This document shows positions 24,571 to 38,025 of a stretch of 64,000 nucleotides of DNA, one piece after another (position 1 is the first letter of the stretch; every line of letters starts with the position of its first letter). This DNA comes from Mobula hypostoma (lineage: Eukaryota). Location of the stretch: assembly GCF_963921235.1 (NCBI RefSeq), contig NC_086109.1, positions 16,990,001 through 17,054,000 on the forward strand, read 5' to 3'. The notes beneath the pieces are model-generated. The model saw only the letters and a list, made by a program, of their open reading frames with translations, did no database searches and was not told where the DNA came from. Both the position numbers and the translations under genes were made by a program.

Positions 24571-27500
24571 CTATTTGAGATATTAGACTCATAGATGAGT
24601 ACAGATTGGAAACAGGCCCTTCGGCCCATCTCATCTGTGCTAACCAATTTGCCCATCTAAGCTAGTCCCACTTGTCCATATCTGGCCCATATCCTATTCA
24701 TGTGCCTGTCCAACCACTTCCTCCATCAGCTCTTTCCACATTCCCACCATCCTTTGGGCGACTATTAAATCAAGGTTCTCCCTGTTCTCTCTGGCGGACA
24801 CGAAACACTCCACCGCACAACCGGTAAAAAAAATGCAGATAAATTATCCCTCCTTCAGACATCACTAAAGCTGAGCGTCTGGTCGCTTTCATATTTCAGC
24901 ATACTGTGCCTGTAATGGTTGCTCTGTTTCAGTGACTGAGCACTAAGGGTCGTTCATTGCCTACAGAACATTGACATTAGAGGGAGATGAGAAATGTTTT
25001 ATGAGTACAGGTTTCCCTTTCCCTTGCTAACGGTTGAATTCCATCATGATTGGGATTGCCCTGTGTCTCCCAGCTGCTCTGTACTTTTTGTGGGTTAGAC
25101 CAGCTGACTGACTGCCCCTCACACTTCCAGATGAGAAGGAAGCTTACTGAATATATCCATAGCTGTGTACTTCCTCCATTACTGACTTACGACCATCAAT
25201 CCAGGTATTGGATTCTTAGTCAATATTCAGTTCCTCACTGATATTGTCCTTCCTCCCACACCTGTATCTGTGGAACTCATCGCCACAGACGTTGCTCTGT
25301 GACTTATGTTGGGAAAGCTTGCCAAGCCACAGAAGGGATCCTTGCACTCTTGTTTCTAGCCTGAAAATGATCTTCCCCTCCTTTAAGATGTTTCATTCGA
25401 ACTTCTCACCTTACCAGCTTTATCACCAACCCCCAGGGAGACACAATAGACTGCAGAGGCTGGAACCTGGAGCAACAAACAAGCAAATTCGAGACCAAGT
25501 ATTTAAAATGGAGTTTGATGGGTTCTTGATTAGTAAGGGATCAAAGATTACGGGGGGGAGCGGGAGAATGGGGTTGAGGGGGACAATAAATCAGCCATGA
25601 TGGATTGACGGAGCAGACTCGATGGGCCGGATAACCTAATTCTGCTCTTATGTCTTATGGTCTTCTTCCAAGTGGCTACAACTCATGTTGGGATGAGCAT
25701 TTATTCAGCCATAGGGTTCATCTCACCAAAGCCTGATCCTGAATTCACCTATGCCTCTGGCAGGATTCCTGTAAGGCCAGGATCAGGACCCGCTTCCTGG
25801 CACCGAGACACCACGAAGCAAACTGATCTTCCTCTTTGCCGATGCCCACCCCTGCCTCTCTCCCTGGTGGCACAGTAATGGAAGTCAGACTGTGGCTTGG
25901 TTTGGCTCAACACACACAAAGTGCTGGAGGAACTCAACAGGTAGGGCAGCCATGAAGCGGACTGAACAGTCGACGTTTTGGGCCAAGACTCTTCATCAGG
26001 ACTGAAACAGAAGCGGACAGAAGCCAGAATCAGAAGGTCTGGGAAGGGGAAGGGAAAGGAGTACAAGTTCCTTAGCCACCACCATGGTGGTGTCGCAGTT
26101 ACTGTAACACTATCAGGGTTCAATTCCAGCAACAGTCTGTAAGGAGTTTATACATTCTCCCCTTGACTGCATTAGATTCCTCCAGGTGCTACAGTTTCCT
26201 CCCACAATCTAAAGATGCATGGGTTCGCAGGCTAATATTCGCAGGTGTAATTGGGCAGCACCGTCTCACTGGGCCGAAAGGCCTCTTACCATGCTGCATC
26301 TCTGAATAACAAAAGCTGACAGGTGATAGGTGGGTCCAGGTGAGGAGTAAGGTAGGTGGGTTGGGGAGGGCGGAGGATGAAGTAAGTAGCAGAGAGGTGA
26401 TAGGTGGAAGAGGTAAAGGGCTGAGGAAGGAGGAATCTGATAGGACACGCGGCTGCTGTGGTTGAAGAGCTGGGGAGCAGCAGAGTTTACAGTGGAGGGG
26501 AAAACTGTGAGAGAGGGTCCAACTGAACTCCCATCAATGAGAGGATTTGAACTTCTTCAGTAGGCACACCGTGAAGAGACTTCATAGTGGAGCAGCAAAT
26601 CTTAGACACAAGAGATTCTGTAGATGCTGGACATCTTGAGCAACACACACATAAATGCATAATATTAGCTTATATACAAAATGCTAGGGGACTCTGGGAC
26701 TTATGTTGGGAAAGTTTGCCAAGCCACAGAAGGGGTCCTTGCACTCCTTTCCAGCTTGAAAATGGTCTCTGCCGTACTTAAGACGTTCTTTAGAACTTCT
26801 CACCTTAGCTAACTTTGTCACCGAGCCTCCTGTGTCCTGAGGGAGACACAAGAGATACCAGATGCTGGAATCTGGAGCAACAAACAAGCAGAGGGAGGAA
26901 GCCAACAGTCAAGTGGCATCTGTGGAGGGAAATGGACAGTAAGTATTTCAGGTCAAGATACTTCATCTAGGCCTAATGTCTCAATCAAAAATATTGACCG
27001 TCTATTTCCCACCATAGATGCTCACTGACCCACCGGGTTCCTCCAACTGTTTCTTTGTTGTTCTTATGCCCCCATGTGATTCAATGGAAACTTCTAGCCT
27101 AATTAAACTTCAGTAAAACATCCCAGGTAGGATTAATACACCAAAGGCACAAAATAACTGCAGCTTTGCGTCCCTGTAATAAAGACAATTGTGCAGCGCG
27201 TCAGTAAGTCCAACCATCAGGGCAGAACATTTCATCAGCTGGTGCTTTGCTGCCCCTCAATGGCCAGAGGAGTTAAGAGCAAGGAAATGTCAGAAATGGA
27301 GGCAGCTGAGGACCTGGCATGGGTGGATGCAGCAGAGTCGGGCATGACAGATAGGGTCGTTGTGGCAGGTTACAGAAAGCAAGACTGGCCGTTCTTTAAT
27401 TCAAGAGGAAGCTGACGGCTGGGTGGTAATTGCACACGAGATCACCAGGAACCCTGGCTTTACATCCATTGCCTACAAGAGTCCTGAGTCTTGGACCTGA

Positions 27501-28794
27501 AAGTTCAAGATTGCTTACTGGCTTTCTTCAATGCACAAGTGTAAAGGAGAACCAATTGATTTTTACTGCAGATCAAATGCAGCATAAAAAACACGATAGG
27601 CATAAAGAACACAATAAATATAAATACATAAGATTAGCTTATATACATAAGCTGATTATATATACAGAACATAAAGTGACGTCGGGCACACGAAGGTGAC
27701 AGGAAATGTTAAAGTAGTGGTGGTGGGGTGGGTTCGTAGGTAGAGGTATTGAGGCTTGGGGAAGTAACTGTTTTTGAGTCTGGTGGTCCTGGCGTGGATG
27801 CTACGTAGCCTCCTCCCTGATGGGAGAGGGACAAATAGTCCTCGAACAGGGTGGGTGGGATCCTTCATTTTTGTTACTGGCCCGTTTCTGGCAAGTTTCT
27901 GTAGATATGTCCTCGATGGCAGGTAGGCTGTCAGTGATACGTTGGGCAGGTTCAACTACCCATTATAAAACATATTTGGAATGTCTGCCAGAAACTGGTT
28001 GTGGCAGGCACATTAGATAAGACACTGAAACATGTAATACGTGCTTTGCATCGCCAGCGACCGAGGCTCAATTCCACTGCTGTGTGTAAGGAGTTTGTGT
28101 GTCCTCCCCGTGACCATCCAGGGCCATCAATCCTTTTGCCAATGAATCTCCCGCACTGACACATTCCTTCCTGATATTTTTGCTCTTCCCTTTCCAAGCC
28201 TTCATACTTGCTTAAGTGCAATCAGAATCAGTATCTGACTTATTATTAGATATGACGTGAAATTTGTTATTTTCCAGCACAGGTACAGTGCAATACATAA
28301 AAAATGCTACAGGTTACAAGAAAAAATATGCAAAAAGAGAGCAAAATAACGACACAGTGTTCAGGAGTTTATGGACCCTTCAGAAATCTGATGGTGGCTG
28401 GGAAGAAGCCGTTCCTAGGTGTGCATCTTCAGTTTCCTTCATCTCTTCCCTGATGATACACGAGAGGCCACCGATGCTGGAATCTGTAGCAATGCACAAA
28501 ACGCAGGAAGAACTCAACAGGTCAGGCAGCATCTGTAGAGAAAACTCACTGGGCAATGTTTAGGGTTGACACCCTTCATCTAGAAGGTTCTCGACCTGAA
28601 ATATCATCCATCAGTTTCTCTCCACAAATGCTGCCTGTCCCGTTGAGTGCCTCCACCAGTTGTTGTGTGGAATAAAATATAACAGCTGGCCATTCAGTCC
28701 CTTGTGCCTGTCCAACCAATCAATTAGACCACAACTGACCTTTCACCTCAGTGTCACTTTCCAGCATCGACCTCATATCCCTTAATGTTTGATA

Positions 28795-30404
28795 CACTCA
28801 GTGGCCACTTTATTACGGACCTCCTGTACCTAATAAAGTGACCATTGAGTGTATGTTCATGGTCTTCTGCTGCTGTAGCCCATCCACTTCAAGGTTTGAC
28901 ATGTTGCACATTCAGAGGTACTCCTCTGCACGGCGCCATTGTAACGCATGGTTATTTGAGTTAATGTTGCTTCCTGTTAGCGTGTACCTGTCTGGCCATT
29001 CTCTTCTGACATATCTCATTAACAAAGTGTTTTCATTTACAGAACTGCCACTCACTGGATGTTTTTTTTTGTTTTTCGTATCATTCTCTATAAACTCTAG
29101 AGACTGTTGTGCATGAAAATCCCAGAAGATCAGTTTCTGAGAAGCCCAAACCACCCTGTATGGCACCAGCAATCATTCCACGGTCAAAGTCACTTAGATC
29201 ACATTAATTTAACTGACTCTGGTCTGAGATACAAAGTAAATGGCAGGATACTTGGTAGTGTGGAGGAGCAGAGGGATCTGGGGGTACATGTCCACAGATC
29301 CCTGAAAGTTGCCTCACAGGTAGATAGGGTAGTTAAGAAAGCTTATGGGGTGTTAGCTTTCAGAAGTTGAGGGACAGAGTTTAAGGGTCGTGAGGTGATG
29401 ATGCAGCTCTATAAAACTCTGCTTAGGCCGCACTTGGGGTATTGTGTCCAGTTCTGGTCGCCTCACTAAAGGAAGGATGTGGAAGCATTGGAAAGGGTAC
29501 AGAGGAGATTTACCAGGATGCTGCCTGGTTTAGAGTATGCATTATGATCAGAGATTAAGGGAGCTAGGGCTTTACTCTTTGGAGAGAAGGAGGATGAGAG
29601 GAGACGTGATAGAGATATACAAGATATTAAGAGGAATAGATAGAGTGGATAGCCAGCGCCTCTTCCCCAGGGCACCACTGCTCAATACAAGAGGACATGG
29701 CTTTAAGGTAAGGGGTGGGAAGTTCAAGGGGGATATTAGAGGAAGGTTTTTTACTCAGAGAGTGGTTGGTGCGTGGAATGCACTGGCTGAGTCAGTGGTG
29801 GAGGCAGATACACTAGTGAAGTCTAAGAGACTACTAGACAGGTATATGGAGGAATTTGAGGTGGTGGGTTATATGGGAGGCAGGGTTTGAGGGTCAGCAC
29901 AACATTGTGGGCTGAAGGGCCTGTACTGTGCTGTACTATTCTATGTTCTATGTTCTATGTACATGTACTTCCCCAATCTGACATTTGGTATGAGCAACAA
30001 CTAAATCTCTTGCAAGGCACAGAAAATGCTGGAGGAACTCAACAGGCCAGGCAGCATCTATGGAAAAGAGTAAATAGTCGATGTTTCAGCCATCTTGAAG
30101 AAGGGTCGTGGCCTGAAAAGTCAAATGTTTACTCCTTTCCATAGATTCTGCCTGACCAGCTGAGTTCCCCCAGCTTTCAGTGTGTGTTGCTTGAATTTCC
30201 AGCATCTCAGATTTTCACAATCAGAATCAGGTTTATTATCACGAGCATGTGTCGTGAAACTTTCTTGTCTTTGTGCTAACTGAACCTCTTGACCATGCCC
30301 GCATACTTTTACACATTATGCAATGCTGCAACATGATTTCCTGATTAGATATTTGCAATAGTGAGCAGGTGTATAGGTGCACCAAATAAAGTGACTCCTG
30401 AGAG
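28795..30404 (-). mobile_element. Non-autonomous Tc1 derivative interrupted by a CR1 and a Penelope fold-back
   Basis: TA-flanked TIRs cactcagtggccactttatta ... aataaagtgactcctgagag; host sequence resumes on each side of the insertions at 29215-29960 and ~30012-30277. Confidence 0.75.
29215..29960 (+). mobile_element. CR1 LINE 3' fragment
   Basis: YKVNGRILGSVEEQRDLGVHVHRSLKVASQVDRVVKKAYGVLAF...LGLYSLERRRMRGD...TRGHGFKVRG...RFFTQRVVGAWNAL; (ttctatg)n tail. Confidence 0.92.
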
Positions 30405-33280
30405 TATTTCTAACCTTTAGTCTGAAATGTTAACTCAGTTTCCCGCCCCGGAGATGTTGCCTGAGCTGCTGTTTCCAGCATCCCGATGCTCCTGACATCA
30501 AATATCCACAGCCTTTGTTTTTGCAGGTCTGTGGATGAGAGCTGACTGGAATGTGGAGAGGCAGGAAGTGTGTTAACTGAGGCAAACTGACGGCAGCGTT
30601 ACATAAAGAACAATTCTATCTGAAGTTCACAGTTTGAGATGGACTCACACTTGTCTCTCCTGCTCCCACTGACATCTCACGTTCTCAGTTGCTCAGTATT
30701 TTCTCAAATTATTTCCCTACGTCAATGGTGTCCTCTTTAATGCTGTCAACTTTCATCTAGTTTCATGGAGAAAAATAAATGGTCAGCTTAATTACATTAT
30801 GGATTTCTTCAATTTAGTTACAGCGTTATGTTTCATTACTAGCACACTTGCGTCTGCTCTTTGGATTAGCCCAATCAGTTGATAATAGAATTAGCCTGGT
30901 CCTCTATGGACTTCTAGCAGTCTACATGCATTACGGTCTACTCCTGCGCATCGCTTCAACTCAGATGAGTGCTAGACACAGCTGAGGGGGTCAGAACCTG
31001 ACCCTAGTGATGTCTAGTCATCGTTTTAAACCACCCGAAGAGAAAGAGGTTTTAAAATTTATTTACATTTTCTGTGCTGCCTTCCATGGTCCCCGCACCC
31101 CAGCATTAGGCTGGGTTCCGGAAGTCAGTGTGGCCCCCTAGCTGTGCATGGCAAGATCCCAAAACAGCAACTGAAAAAAATTGGGACCAAGTGAAGGGGC
31201 TTAACCTGAAACGTCGGCTGCCCATTTCCCTCCACGGATGCTGCCCGGCCTGCAGAGCTTCCCCTTGTTGCTCCAGATTCAAGGCACTCTCACGTCTCTA
31301 GTTTGGTAAATAATCTCCTGGAATATTTCCATTCAGTTTGGTACATTTCCCAAAAGCATGCAGTCTTTCGCACTGCCATTTCAGTACAAATTTTATTCTT
31401 AAGCTGTTGTGGTGGTGTTTGAAGCCATGGCCTTCAGGTGGCACTGGAAGTCGGGATCGAACTCAGGGCCTTTGAGCCTTTAAAATAGGCTCAGACTGTT
31501 CTAAATCTAAGCTGTTCATTTAGGATTAAAACAGCTTTAAGTGCTTCACAATGGTACCACTCCACCCCAAAAGCCAGGAGACCCTGCGGAAGATGAAAGA
31601 AGCAATCAAAGACTGATTAAATTCTCTGTAAACCTTGTCCAATCCCAATAGGCAACTGGATCTAATCCAGGATACCTTCAATGATCAATGTTAGACAACA
31701 GCTTCCCTCTGAAACGTGCTGCCAGAGGAGGTGGAAGAATCACATACGATTACTATGTTTACAAAGAACTTAGACAGACAATTAAGTGGGCAATACATAG
31801 AAGGATGCAGTTTTAATGCAGCAAATGGTTCAATGGTTCCATTTAACATCAGGGAATGTAAACAGTATACAACCTGAAATTCTTACTCTCAGCAGACACC
31901 CTCGAAACAGAAGAAAAGCCGCAAAGAATGAACGACAGAAAAATGTAGAACCCCAAACCCCTCTTCCCACACACACAGCAGCACAGCATCAACACCTCCT
32001 CCACTTATTCCAGCAGAAAGCATCAGCTCCCCACCAACAATAGCAAAGCCCCCAAAGAGACCATGGCCCAAAGTCCATCAAAAACCAACTTGTTCATCCC
32101 AACACCTCGATATCCTACGGGCTCTCTCTCACACATTAACAATGAAGAGAGAGGTATCACTCCTCCACAGCGAGAGGGAGACCAACAGCTCGCTGTTTCA
32201 ACGTTACAGTCTGCCGCGTCACTTTAGAGTTCTCCTGACTCAAGAATCAGCAGAAAACTCTCTCTCACCATCGAGAGGGAATGATTGCTCGAGTGCAGAG
32301 GCCTCCAACGGCCACACCCACTGTCCCGATGTTCCGATCTCCTGCGACGCGTCAGCTGGGAACTCCAGTGAGGAATCAGGTCATCCGCAGGGCCGCAGAG
32401 ACACACTACAAGGGCACACATCTTCCAGGCCGCTCCCGGAGATATCAAAAACGTTAGGCCGCTCAGCGAGCTCCAAGAGTGGGAACCCAGCGCAGTGAAG
32501 AACCTTAGTTTCAGTGTAGCTGTAGAACACAGACTCCAACAACAGAACCCCAGCCACCTTGAAAAAGAAAGAAGTGAAGGGTATGTACAGGGTGGGCATA
32601 AGACATTCTACAGAGACTGAAAATCCACAGTGACACACACAACGTGCTGGAGGAACTCAGAAGGTCGTGCCGCATCCACAGAGAGAATAAACAGTCAAGG
32701 CTTTGGGCTGAGACGCTTCGTCAGGACTGCTAGACAAAGTGAACTCAAGGGTCCATTTCTGTCCTGTACAACTCCATAGAGTACTTCACATGTTCCCCAG
32801 GCTACAAAGAGAGACGTCTCTCCTTGGAAGGAATATCTGGGTCACTTCGACATTGTGTGATGGCGTGATACGTCTGATGGCGTTTATTTCTTGCCAACCA
32901 TCTATGCTGGCAGCTCTGCTACCAATTGCCAACGCAGTACACTGATTTTCACAATCTTTTTAGCAGGTTAGTGAAGTCTGAACCTAAAGGGCACAGATTT
33001 AAGGTGAGAGGGGAAATTTTCAGAGACATGAGGGACAACATTTTCACACAGAGAGTGAGGATATATGGAACCAGCTGCCAGGGGAACTGGTAGAGATGGG
33101 CACATTACAAAATTTTAAAGACACTTACACGGGCACATATATGGTAAGGGTTTAAAGGTTCATAGTTCAAAGTACACTTATTATCAAAGTATGTATAAGT
33201 TATGCAACCTTGAGATTTGTCTGCCTACAGGCAGCCACAAAACAAGAAAGCGGCAAGTACCCAATTCAAAAAAGTCTAAC

Positions 33281-33320
33281 TATATATATATATAAAGAGA
33301 GAGAGAGAGAGAGAGAGAGA
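33281..33320. repeat. (TA)n(GA)n compound microsatellite
   Basis: tatatatatatataaagagagagagagagagagagagaga. Confidence 0.9.
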
Positions 33321-33859
33321 AACTAAACATGCAAACAATAAAGAAAGCATCAGCATTTAGGACGAAATTGAGTCCATAAAGCCAAAGCTCGGAGCAGCCG
33401 GAGTAGGTCCATAGCCTCACACTCAGTTCATCACACAGAGGGGCAGATCACCACAAGGCTCTCAGACACTAAGCCCGCAGCAGCCAGAGCACGACTCAGC
33501 TTCAGCGTCCATGACGAGGGGAGCGGAATAAAACGTAGAGCAGCAGAGTAGGGTTCCCAACCTGGGGCTCACAGATCCCTTAAACTTAATGGTATTGCCC
33601 TTGGCACAAAAATGTTAGGAACCCCTGTTTTAGAGGGACATAGACCAAATGCATGCAATTGAGACTAGCTCAGGTCGACATCTTGGTAGGTATGGATGTG
33701 CTGGGTCAAAGGGCCAAGGTAACTCTATGACTCAATGAATGAGAGTTCAACTGGCGATTCCATTTCAACCCAGGTAATGCATTTGGCCACTGAGCCGCTG
33801 AGATAGCTAAACAGAACAGAAAACCAACAATGTTTTAAATGTTCTTGTGAATCCAACAG

Positions 33860-34044
33860 GTGAATGGTGAACAAATCTCCACAGGCACACACAATGAGAC
33901 GATTGAAATATTCCAGAGTGAAGAAGGACACGTTGTTGTCCAAGTGCTACGGAAAAACACGTGCAGCGGGCGCAGTCGAGATGTTGCTACGCAGACCAAC
34001 CTGTCAGGTGACACGGCCTCACAGTCCACTTCCTTCTGTGATGG
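33860..34044 (+). CDS. Internal coding exon of a PDZRN3/PDZRN4/PDZD4-family gene (C-terminal half of a PDZ-like segment)
   Basis: Acceptor tccaacag|GTG and donor GG|gtgagt. VNGEQISTGTHNETIEIFQSEEGHVVVQVLRK...DVATQT aligns with the family exon VNG.(D/E)LS....A.EA....EP.V.QVLRR...D.GTQT. Phase 0 in, phase 2 out. Confidence 0.85.
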
Positions 34045-34104
34045 GTGAGTACGACAAACTGCTGTGTTTCCCACCTGTGATCCAATAGGGTCTATCACTG
34101 GATA

Positions 34105-34702
34105 GCGCCTTTACTTCCTGAGAAAGCTAAAGAAATTTGGCCTGTCCCCTAAAACCCTCACAAATTTTTATAGCTGCACCGTAGAAAGCGTTCTTCTAGG
34201 GTGCATCACAACCTGGTATGGAAGTTGTCCTGTCCAAGACCAGAAGAAGCTGCAGAAGATCGTGAACACAGCCCAGCACATCACGCAAACCAATCTTCTG
34301 TCCTTGGACGCTGTCAGAGCATTGCTGCCAGGATAGTCAAGGACACGACCCACCCAGCCAACACACATTTCGTCCCTCTTCCCTCCGGGAGAAGGCTCAA
34401 GAGCTTGAAGACTCATATGGCCAGATTTGTGAACAGCTTCTTTCCATCTGTGATAAGACTGCTGAACGGATCCTGACCCGGATCTGGGCCGTACCCTCCA
34501 AATATCCGGACCTGCCTCTCGGTTTTTTTGCACTACCTTACTTTGCATTTTTCTATTTTCTATTTACGATTTATAGTTTAAATTTTTAATATTTACTATC
34601 AATTTGTACTCCAGGGAGCGGGAAGCGCAGAATCAAATATCACTGTGATGATTGTACACTCTAGGATCAGTTGTCTGGCAACTATAAAGTATAAAGTATA
34701 AA
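34105..34702 (+). mobile_element. Rex1/Babar-like LINE 3' fragment
   Basis: LYFLRKLKKFGLSPKTLTNFYSCTVESVLLGCITTWYGSC...HPANTHFVPLPSGRRL; (aaagtat)n tail. Confidence 0.8.
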
Positions 34703-35537
34703 GTATCCCTTGGAAGGAGTAGAAGGAGAGGCTGGATATAATCGGACTTTTTTTCCACTGGAGCATAGAACAGGTGAATAGCCACAATCACTTCCCCAGG
34801 GTAAGGGAGCCCAAGCCTAGAGGGCTTAAAGTGAGAGGGGAAATATTTAGAAGAGACTTGAGGGGCAACTTATTCAAACAGAGGATGGTTGGTATCTGGA
34901 AAGAGCTGTCAGGGGACTTAATAGAGACAGGCACAATTATAGCATTTAAAAGTAGAAGGGAGATCGCATGGGAGGGTGTCTAATGGAATACCCCCTTCGA
35001 AGCTCATCGGAAGATGAAATTGAACTATCAAAGAAGACCTGGAAGCTGTAAACACAAGATATTCTGCAAATGGGTCCACTCACCTCTGCTATCAAGTTCC
35101 TTCTTCTCCAGCCCTTTGTCTTTTCCCCCTCTCACTTCCCATCTTCTTACTTCATCCGTCCCTTCCCCATACACCTGGCTTCACCTATCACCTTCTAGTT
35201 TATCCTCCTTCCCCTCCCCCCACCTTCTTATTCTGGCATCTTCCCCCTTTATTTCCAATCCTGATGAAGGGTCTTGGCCCAAAATGTTGACTGTTTATTT
35301 GTCTACATAGATGTGGCCTGACCTGCCAACGTCCTCCAGCATTTTCTGTATGTTGCTCTGGAAGTTATAAGGTGGAGGGCTGAGACCGAGGAATATCAAA
35401 GGATCATCATTATTCAGAAATAAAAATAGAACAACCATATAATTGTGCTTAGAGAGGCAGGTGACAGCCTGTGTATGCTACAGCACATTATTCAACCTTG
35501 TGACACCACAGACTCTCCTCCAGCTACAAGGAGTGTC

Positions 35538-36121
35538 ATGGGCCCTGGTGAGACCACACCTGGAGTACTGTGTGCAGTTTTGGTCTCCAAATTTGAGGAA
35601 GGACATTCTTGCTATTGAGGGAGTACAGCGTAGGTTCACAAGGTTAATTCCCGGGATGGCGGGACTGTGTCGAAAGATTGGAGCGACTGGGCTTGTATAC
35701 TCTGGAATTTAGAAGGCTGAGAGGGGATCTTATTGAAACATATAAGATTATTAAGGGATTGGACATGCTGGAGGCAGGAAGCATGTTCCCGCTGATGGGT
35801 GAGTCTAGAACCAGAGGCCACAGTTTAAGAATTAGGGGTAGGCCATTTAGAACAGAGTTGAGGAAAAACTTTTTCACCCAGAGAGTGGTGGATATATGGA
35901 GTGCTCTGCCCCAGAAGGCTATGGAGACCAAGTCTCTGGATGCTTTCAAAAAAGAGATGGATAGAGCTCTTAAAGATAGTGGAATCAAAGGTTATGGGGA
36001 TAAGGCAGGAACTGGATACTGATAGTGGATGATCAGCCATGATCACAGTGAATGGCGGTGCTGGCTCGAAGGGCCGAATGGCCTACTCCTGCACCTATTG
36101 TCTATTGTCTATTGTCTATTG
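35538..36121 (+). mobile_element. Young CR1 LINE 3' fragment
   Basis: [39 protein letters not shown]...TRGHSLRIRGRPFRTELRKNFFTQRVV; (tattgtc)n tail; nearly identical to 45173-46102. Confidence 0.93.
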
Positions 36122-38025
36122 AAATGCTTGCCACTTGCCTGGATGAGTGCAGCTCCAACACTCATCAACTATCCAGGAGAAAGTAGGCCCGTTCGCTACC
36201 TTCAGTCTTGACTTCCTTCACCATCCCGTGAATTGCTGCCATGTTTACCATCTGTGGCTTCACATCTGAGTCCAGTTCTGGTCGCCCTTCTGGAGGAAAG
36301 ATGTCATTAAGTTGGAGGGGGTGGAAAAAAAAAGATTTACGACTACGTTACCAGGAATGGTGGGGCTTTGGTTATAAAAAGAGGCTGGATAGGCTGGGAC
36401 TTTGTCCCTGGAGGACAGGAGATCTTATAGACCTTTAGAAAATCATGAGGTAAGGTTAATTGACAAAGTCTCTTCCCCAGAGTAGGAAGACCAAAACTTG
36501 GGAGCATTGGTTTAAAGTAAGAGAAGAGAGATTTTAGAGGGACCAGAGGGATAATATTTTTCACCCAGAGGGTGGTGAATAACGAGCTGCCAGAGGAAGT
36601 GATGGAGGCAGATAGAGTTATGACATTTAAACGGCTTTTGGACGGCTACATGGATAGAAAAGGTTTAGAAGGATACAAGTCAAATTCAGATAAATGGCAC
36701 CAGCTCCCTTATTGCGTCAAAGAGTTATAAATCCCAGAAAGAGGCTCTTCAGATCAACTTATCTACGCCAACCAAGGTGTTGACCTAAGCTAGTCACTTT
36801 TGTCCGGGTTTGGCCCATATCCCTCTAAAACAGTGCTTCCCAACCTGGGGTTCACAGGCCCCAAGGGTCCATGGCATAAGAAAGGTGGGGAGCCCCTGTT
36901 CTAAACCTTTCTTATCCATGTACTTGTCCACAGGGAACTTGGTCAGTAAGGACAAGTTGGGCCAAATGGCCTGTTTCTGTGCTGTATGGCTCTATGACTA
37001 TATCTCTATCCAGCACAGTTTGCCAAAGTTTCCTCCAGAACATCTCCTAATTTCCCTGAGTAGTATCTTGACTGAGAAAGAGAAGGTTTCTGCTCAATCA
37101 TCATCACTTTCCTGTGATGTGATGGGGAACTTCCACCTACCTTCACTGTGGGAGCGCCTTCACCAGCCGCTGTACACTGCCTCAGCAACAATGATGGAAA
37201 GGCAACGAATGTGTCCCTTGGAAACAACTCCCACGTGGACTCAAGAACTAAGAATAATATACCCCAGACTGTTCTCAACCTGTGCTGCCACCAAGACTGG
37301 AGGGCAATCACAGATTAAGATTAAGTTCTTAATATAAGATTAGCTTTATTTGTCACATGTACATCGTTTGTGTCAGTAAGTAACACAGTCCGAGGATGTG
37401 CTGGGGGCAGCCCACAAGTGTTGCCATGTTTCTGGCGCCAGCGTAACATGCCCACAAGTTACTAACCCATATGCCTTAGTAATGTGGGAGGTCATGGGGG
37501 GGGGGTGTAACATGCAAACAGCGGAAAGAACGGAACCCAGGTCACTGGCACTGTAAAGCCTCACACGAACCACTACGTCACTGTGGTGCCCGTAAACCCA
37601 CAGGGTCACATAGCGGGACAACCAGTGGAGCCACGGTCCCACAGCTCCAGTGTTCAAGGTTCTACCCTAATCTCTGGTGCGACCTGTGTGGAGTTTGCAG
37701 GTTCTCTCTCTCACCACATGGGCTTCCTCTTTCCTCCTGTATACCTGGGTGGGAGGGGAATGGGGGGGCTATCATCCAGCTGCGGGTCGACATGACTAGG
37801 CAGAGTAACAGTTCGGCACTAGACTGTGCTTCTGTGCTACAGCGCCCGATGACCCTATTCCAAGGGTACATGGGTCAATGGGTTGGTTGACCCCTGTATT
37901 TGCCCCGAGTCTATAGCTGAGCAACAGAATCGGGGAGGAGTTGATCGGAATGGGGGGAGAATAAGCTGGAATTAGTATAGAACTGGGACTCCCAACCTGA
38001 AGTCAATAGACCCTGCAGTTAATGG

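Noticed and set aside
27191..27415. First coding exon of the PDZRN-family gene (MARGVKSKEMSEMEAAED...)
   Set aside because: No family similarity and no good phase-0 donor; the nearby ATG GGT GGA TGC frame stops after 11 codons.
30527..30580. Coding exon after the strong acceptor-like gcctttgtttttgcag
   Set aside because: All three frames stop within about 50 nt; it might be a non-coding exon but nothing supports it.
32860..32966. PDZ N-terminal-half exon ending at CAG|gttagt
   Set aside because: The phase-0 frame has TAG immediately before the donor, and the frame with faint PDZ resemblance has no acceptor after its upstream stop.
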